NCBI GenBank assembly: GCA_023334545.1
Contig: JAADVB010000042.1
Span: forward strand, 1-64,000
Direction of reading: 5' to 3'
Origin: Salisapilia sapeloensis CBS 127946
Lineage: Eukaryota; Protista; Oomycota
Length of the DNA: 64,000 nucleotides
Shown: positions 58,668 through 64,000 of the stretch, one piece after another
Layout: each line of letters opens with the position of its first letter
How positions within the stretch are numbered: position 1 is the stretch's first letter
Program-made: the position numbers and the translations under genes
The notes under the pieces: generated by a model
What the model saw: only the letters and a program-made list of their open reading frames with translations
Told to the model about the DNA's origin: nothing
Databases searched by the model: none

Positions 58668-60972
58668 CTAAACAAAATTCTGGCTGTAATTGTCCTTCGG
58701 GCGCCTCATCAGGGATCCGTCGGGTCTCTGTTCGGCCGGCGATCCCTCCATCGCAGCCTTCTTTTGCTCAACTGACTTCATCAGCACTTGCTGCTGCTTT
58801 GCAGCAGAGCGCGCTGACAAGTAAATCGATAGTATAGTGAAGAAGAGGGCGATGATACCGACCGTCAGGGTGAGTTCCATGGGAGGTCCGTAGACGCGGC
58901 TCGAAAGGTCACTCGATGTTTCTGCCAGTGCCGTGGTGCATCGAGGTCCACCCCAAGAATCTGAGTGAGTACACTTGCAACGACTGTTTTCACACTTGCC
59001 AGTGATGAGCAAGCTGCGCGCACCTGCTGCGCCAAGCGTGCAGTCATCATCTTTTCTGCAGAAAGCCTTACCCGCGACTTCCTCCCATGGGTTGTCAACA
59101 TCTTCATACTCATCCAAGTGCTCTTCGATCCACTTTTTCGTCGGATGCGTGTCAGGGTCGCATCCAATTTGCATGAGTGATCCGTCTTTAAGATTTCCAC
59201 TGACATCCTGGTACAGACGAATGTAGTCAATCTTCATGTACATCGGGAAGGAATCGCAGATGGCGTTCACTTTCTTATCTTTACCATCCCCCCGACATTC
59301 ATTGCCAGCGTTCGGTGGAGTCGCACCCCACGAACTGGACAAGGCAACGTTAAAGATGAAGTACATGGGCTCTTCCAGCATGATTTTGGTCGGGTTGTTC
59401 TTCTTCTTGTTTTGCGGTACATTGGAGAACGCGTCTGCCGAGACTTCAAAGATCGGATGACCGTCCAACATCCATCGTACATACCCTTTCGTACCAGTCA
59501 CCCACTCTAGTTGGTAAGTCAAAAATCCGGTATACGCGCCAACGTGCACAGGCCAATTGGAAGAGATAGCATCCATCTGATAATTGAACGGTGCCATCGT
59601 ACCACTTGGCTTTGTGTCCGGGTCTCGAGGATCCGAGCATAGCTTGTTCGTGTTGTCTGGGTCGCACAAGTAGGCTCCCATGTATGAGTTCATCACTGGG
59701 AAACACGTGCCGTTCGTGTTGATGCCCCAATGGTCCGGACCGACTCCATCAATCAATTCGAGGTCACCATTTACATCATAGGACGCTGGGCAAGTAGTTA
59801 CGGAACAAGTGTTCTTTGAAATACCCTTCTTGACGGATGCAGCCACCGGCTTGTACGACTGTTTTTCGTCCGACTTCGCAACACAAAAGTTGTTTGCGCT
59901 GTATCGCAAGCCTTGATACCAACTTCTGTGTCCTCTATTCTTCATGTAGTAGCTCGTCGGCACATCAATGTAGTTGGCACCAGGCGTCTTACAATCGTAC
60001 GAGTAAACACAGTACGGATTCGCTGAGTCTGCTCCATCTGCTTCTGCAGGGTAGAGTCTGAAATCTTGTGGCATTCCTGGACCCACTTGCAAGGAACTGG
60101 AAATAGCGGTACCACCTCCTTCGAGAATATCAATCTCAGGAGCTCCTCGTCCTTGATTCGGGTTTAGACCGTAGCCTGGGTCATCATCACAGGCACTAAT
60201 GCGCTGGTTGTGCGATGGGAAAACATCTTCGTCACATTCATCGTACGAGAATGGCCACATGCGACTTGTCGACGCAGTAAAGATTGCTCGACCGAGATTA
60301 CCAAGCATCCAGATACCTGGCCATGTCGGGTAGTACGCGACGTTGTCGGTAACACCACTACTTCCCAAGGAGAGGTCAGGGTTACCAGAATCTTTACTGA
60401 TGGCACCAGGAAGCTGCGCTCTCACTTCGATCATACCACCTTGGAAACAGAATTTATTCCAACTCTGCACCATTGCCGCATAGTAGTAAAAGTTGACATG
60501 CTCATAGTCTGGCGGATTCAAATATGCGTTGTACACTTTGATGGTTGTCACTTGGTCGACGACTTTAATGTAAAAGTAGCACACTTTCTCTCCCTTGTCA
60601 TCCGTCTCACATTCCGTCGAGGTCATGTTATGCGCGTAGATTTCCAACGCACCGTTGACACCATCCGGCTTGTCTAAGGACGTCCAAATATGATCCTTGC
60701 CTGGCTTAAAGCTCCGGTCTGGTGTGTTAAACTCGTCACTATGAGAAGAGTATAATTAGCGCATGAAACGGAAGAGACGAGTGCGATCGATACCTCATGA
60801 CAAGTTCCCACTTGTCACCGCGAGACGAGGTGTACATTTGTCGGTTCGACGGAGTCTCCGGGTCGACCCATGCTCGAATTCCTGATTTGGTCTTGTATTC
60901 TTTATCATTGGCTTCGACCGCATTGGCGATGAGGATGCATGTCAATGCGAGGGTGATGGATCGTAAAAGCAT
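58668..60972 (-). CDS. Beta-glucan synthesis-associated KRE6/SKN1-family protein (GH16); join(60972..60794,60738..58668), ~749 aa
   Basis: Signal peptide, WVDPETP, WELVMSDEFN, AMVQSWNKFCFQGG, WPGIWMLGNLGRA, GRGAPEIDILE (GH16 ExDxxE), EEPMYFIFN, KIDYIRLYQ, IGCDPDTHPTKKWI, an EGF-like Cys block and a C-terminal TM helix. Confidence 0.95.
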
Positions 60973-62419
60973 AGCTGAGCCGGTCCACACGTTTCTGAAG
61001 CTGTTGACTAGTTATTTATAGCGCTTTCGATGCTTCCACACTTGGACGAGAAGGCCGCTTCTTGATCCGGATTAATTTTGCAAAATGGACAAAGACCGAA
61101 GGGAGGCTTGTGCACAAGTCAGCCGAATGTACTGTGCTTGAGCAGGGCGCACGATACTGAGAAAGGACCAAATGACTTGTACTTCGTATTGGTCATTACA
61201 ACGCAACGAGCACCCGTTCTCAGCTCCATCGAGATCGGGGCTTTTATTTCGGATGTAGTCGATTGTCCCAATTGCTTTCTCCGGTCTTGCATTCATGACA
61301 TGCTGTATGTCATTCTAGCATGAGCGACCGGAGGAGATAATGGGAGAAGCAGCATAGAACTTAAGAAGATGCCCTTTGAAAAGAATATTGGTAACCTCTG
61401 TCGTAGCACAGAGCTACGCACGAGTGCTTTCGCGTAGCCTCTACATAACCCGATGGCACGACTATCCAAAATGTCACTTGTGTCGATTGGATCACATTAG
61501 GATAAATTCGACAAAGATGTCTTCGATTTTGCTGAAATATGAAGCTTAAAGTAGCACGTCGAAGCAAAAGCTAGGCTTTCATACTATTTGAAGATAATAT
61601 AAAGTTGCATTCACATGTTCATGCTGTCTGTACTCCTACCATGCAATTGTTGGCGCTTTCCAAATATACTGTGATGCTATAAAAGAGGCTATGCAGAAGA
61701 CCAAAGCTTGTAGAGATGAAAAAATTGTCTTGCTGAGTTCCATTCTCTACGCTTAGCAAAATGAATAGTTTTCGGTGGCCTGCAGACAGTACAAACACAG
61801 CATCTTCTAGCTTCACATATGGTTTAAATTCTCGTCTACTAGCCTTAAACTTCTACTACAGTACAAGCCCAAGTGACCTGTTCATTTACATGCAAAACAA
61901 ATTAGCATCTTATTTCCAAACCTTGTGCTCAGTCATTCGATGTGGGTGTGGCATTCGACTACCAACACACCTTGAATTTGCTTCAGTGAAGTTTAAATGC
62001 TCCCTTTGGCATTTTTCCGATATAATATGATCAAGCCCCATTGCATCATATCCTCGACTATTGCAATTAAATTTCCAGTCTTCAGTTACGTGCAGAAGAG
62101 ACCAAACTCATTCGACTTGTCTATTGCCACTATTGTTGTAAAAGAGCAAACTAGATCAATTTCCACGTCCAGCTCAAGTCAATATCAAGCTTCAGAGGGA
62201 TCCCTTCGACCAATTTTCTTATTTTTTAGGCTTGTGGACACTTTCAATCGTGATCCGAATGGTTCAGTGCATGCCTATATATATTTAAAAGACCCGACAA
62301 GTCCAAATAAGCTCATGTGAGATGCTAGTCGATACAACGAGAAATTAAACCCAAAACATTATTATTTACTTTCTTTATACGCAGCCCAACTTTGCTCACG
62401 ACCCACTTGAACTTCTTAA

Positions 62420-63787
62420 CTACATCCACATCATGTCGGCACTATCGTCACTGCTATAATCTTCTTCTTCAAAGTTTTCTTGGAAGAAAACTTGTGGACG
62501 ATGCCCGCGGCCTTCACTACTTAATCGATTCATCAATTCATAGTCCGGGGCAGACGGTTCATCGTCCAACTCCGGTGCAGACGGTTCCGTCATACACCTG
62601 ATTGCTACCACGACCGGTACGGAGCTTCCAGGCCCAGCTTCGCTCTCAAGTGGAGGCGCTGTCGCTAGCTCTGTCGTCTCTATCGGTGCAGATGGAGCTG
62701 AGTCTCGGAACTGCACATTGCGTTCTGTACTCCTATCGCCTCCAGTCGACTGCCAGCTAAAGAGATTCAACAGTTGACCTCGGACAGCTTTCAGGCTATT
62801 CACACTGGAGACAGTAGATATGTCGCCAAGACTGTAGTTGGACATGATCTCCTCGGGATCAATCGTCCGGTTGTCGTCCACATCGGATGCACATTCGGAC
62901 GTGGATCGGGACTTGCGTGCTGATCTGACAGCCATGATGATAAACATGCACATGATCAAAACGCCTATGCCACCAAACACAAGTGCGTATCGAGGCCCTT
63001 CTTCTTTTTCCTCTTCTTCATGTGGACTTAGAGCTTTCATCGGACAATACCTGTCTTCCTTTGGAGGATGAAGCCGCATGCGCTCACAACCTGCAATGCA
63101 GACACATCCGTTCTCCCCGACACAAAAGGACATGTAATAGTCATCTGTCTTCCCAGCGATCGTACTCGCGAATATTGTTTTTCGGCATTCTGTGCAAATG
63201 GGATCGTCATTCGGACAGTAATTGACATCCGACGCACGAAAGACATAAGATGCGTTCAAGTCATCTTCGCTTGAATCCTTTGAGTCGATCTTGTTGATTG
63301 GAATCGCGTCCCTATAATCCCATTTCGCATCGTATAAGTCAGCAGACTCGCAGTATCCTTCTTTACCAATCATGCATTCCTATAAGGTTCTTAGACATGA
63401 AATGCAGAGTAGACAAGTTTTCTATAAAAATACCTCTCCGATACTACTCGCCGGCGTATTCAAACAGTCTACACAAGAGCGAGGTTTATGGCATCCATCT
63501 TTGTCTGGTGCATACCCTGCGCATGTACCCCCACTGGCACTAAAGTCGTCGGATATCTCGCTCTCGTCACAGTCATCGTCACTTTCACCGTCACCGGCAA
63601 TAACGGCAATGATCCCTTGCTCGCTTTGTGAACTAGTAGACGTATCAATGGAGGAAGAGTCTCCTCCGCTATTGGGTTCGCTCTTCGACGAGACCTTCGC
63701 CTTCATTCCACCATAGAAAGATGACCGGTCTTCATCCTTGGAATTTGACGGCGCATAAAAGTCATTCCGTCCTGTTAATTGAGCCAT
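62420..63787 (-). CDS. Oomycete Cys-rich single-pass membrane protein; join(63787..63434,63379..62420), ~437 aa
   Basis: PRSCVDCLNTP..ECMIGKEGYC..YCPNDDPICTECR..FCVGENGCVCIAGCE, TM helix YALVFGGIGVLIMCMFIIMAV and a PSAP-rich acidic tail. The intron joins two ORFs in frame. Confidence 0.8.
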
Positions 63788-64000
63788 CGTCTATTGCCTA
63801 CCGCGAATAAATTCGGATCGAGTAGAAAGCGATTCCGAGTTGAGACTCGATGGAAGAGTTCGATTGACGCTCAAGAGCGCTCTTTTTATGTCTGGTGTGG
63901 GAGCCTGAAACTTTGGCGATGGGTACTTTAGCGACTCAAATAGGGGTACTTTTTCAGATCAACGATATAGTGTCTCGAATTGTATGAATCATAAGCTCAT

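Noticed and set aside
61560-61980. Plus-strand frame TCSCCLYSYHAIVG.. suggestive of a transposase zinc finger
   Set aside because: Multiple stops, and no catalytic motif or terminal repeats seen.
1-64000. CRISPR arrays, prokaryotic operons/defence systems, intact transposons, rRNA
   Set aside because: No spacer-repeat arrays, transposase/RT/integrase ORFs or rRNA motifs seen. The window is intron-containing eukaryotic housekeeping DNA.

Overview
This is a compact eukaryotic nuclear genome segment, most consistent with an oomycete (inference from short ~50-70 nt GT-AG introns, KRE6/SKN1, an oomycete-type bZIP and oomycete membrane-protein families). DRC2/CCDC65 implies a flagellated stage. 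Genes supported, in order: spliced bacterial-type RecA with a mitochondrial-type presequence, TM+NZF+HECT E3 ligase, midasin (MDN1/REA1) head-to-head with PWP1, a Cys-cluster orphan, a 4-exon WBP2-like PH-GRAM gene, UPF1 head-to-head with PDS5, a bZIP with Asp at the invariant Asn, DRC2, an ABCC transporter, an Ig-like-domain protein, a HAD phosphatase head-to-head with ALG12, a C2H2 factor, a decayed oomycete TM-family gene, a C2/PPxY protein, KRE6/SKN1 and a Cys-rich membrane protein. I found no rRNA, tRNA, CRISPR array, intact transposon or prokaryote-style defence system. The most unusual signals are three unrelated ~25-bp perfect palindromes with TGA...TCA arms upstream of minus-strand genes, a strong pyrimidine bias at splice-donor +4, and the Asp-bZIP. 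Exon boundaries were read by eye; where fully listed, summed exon lengths are divisible by 3.
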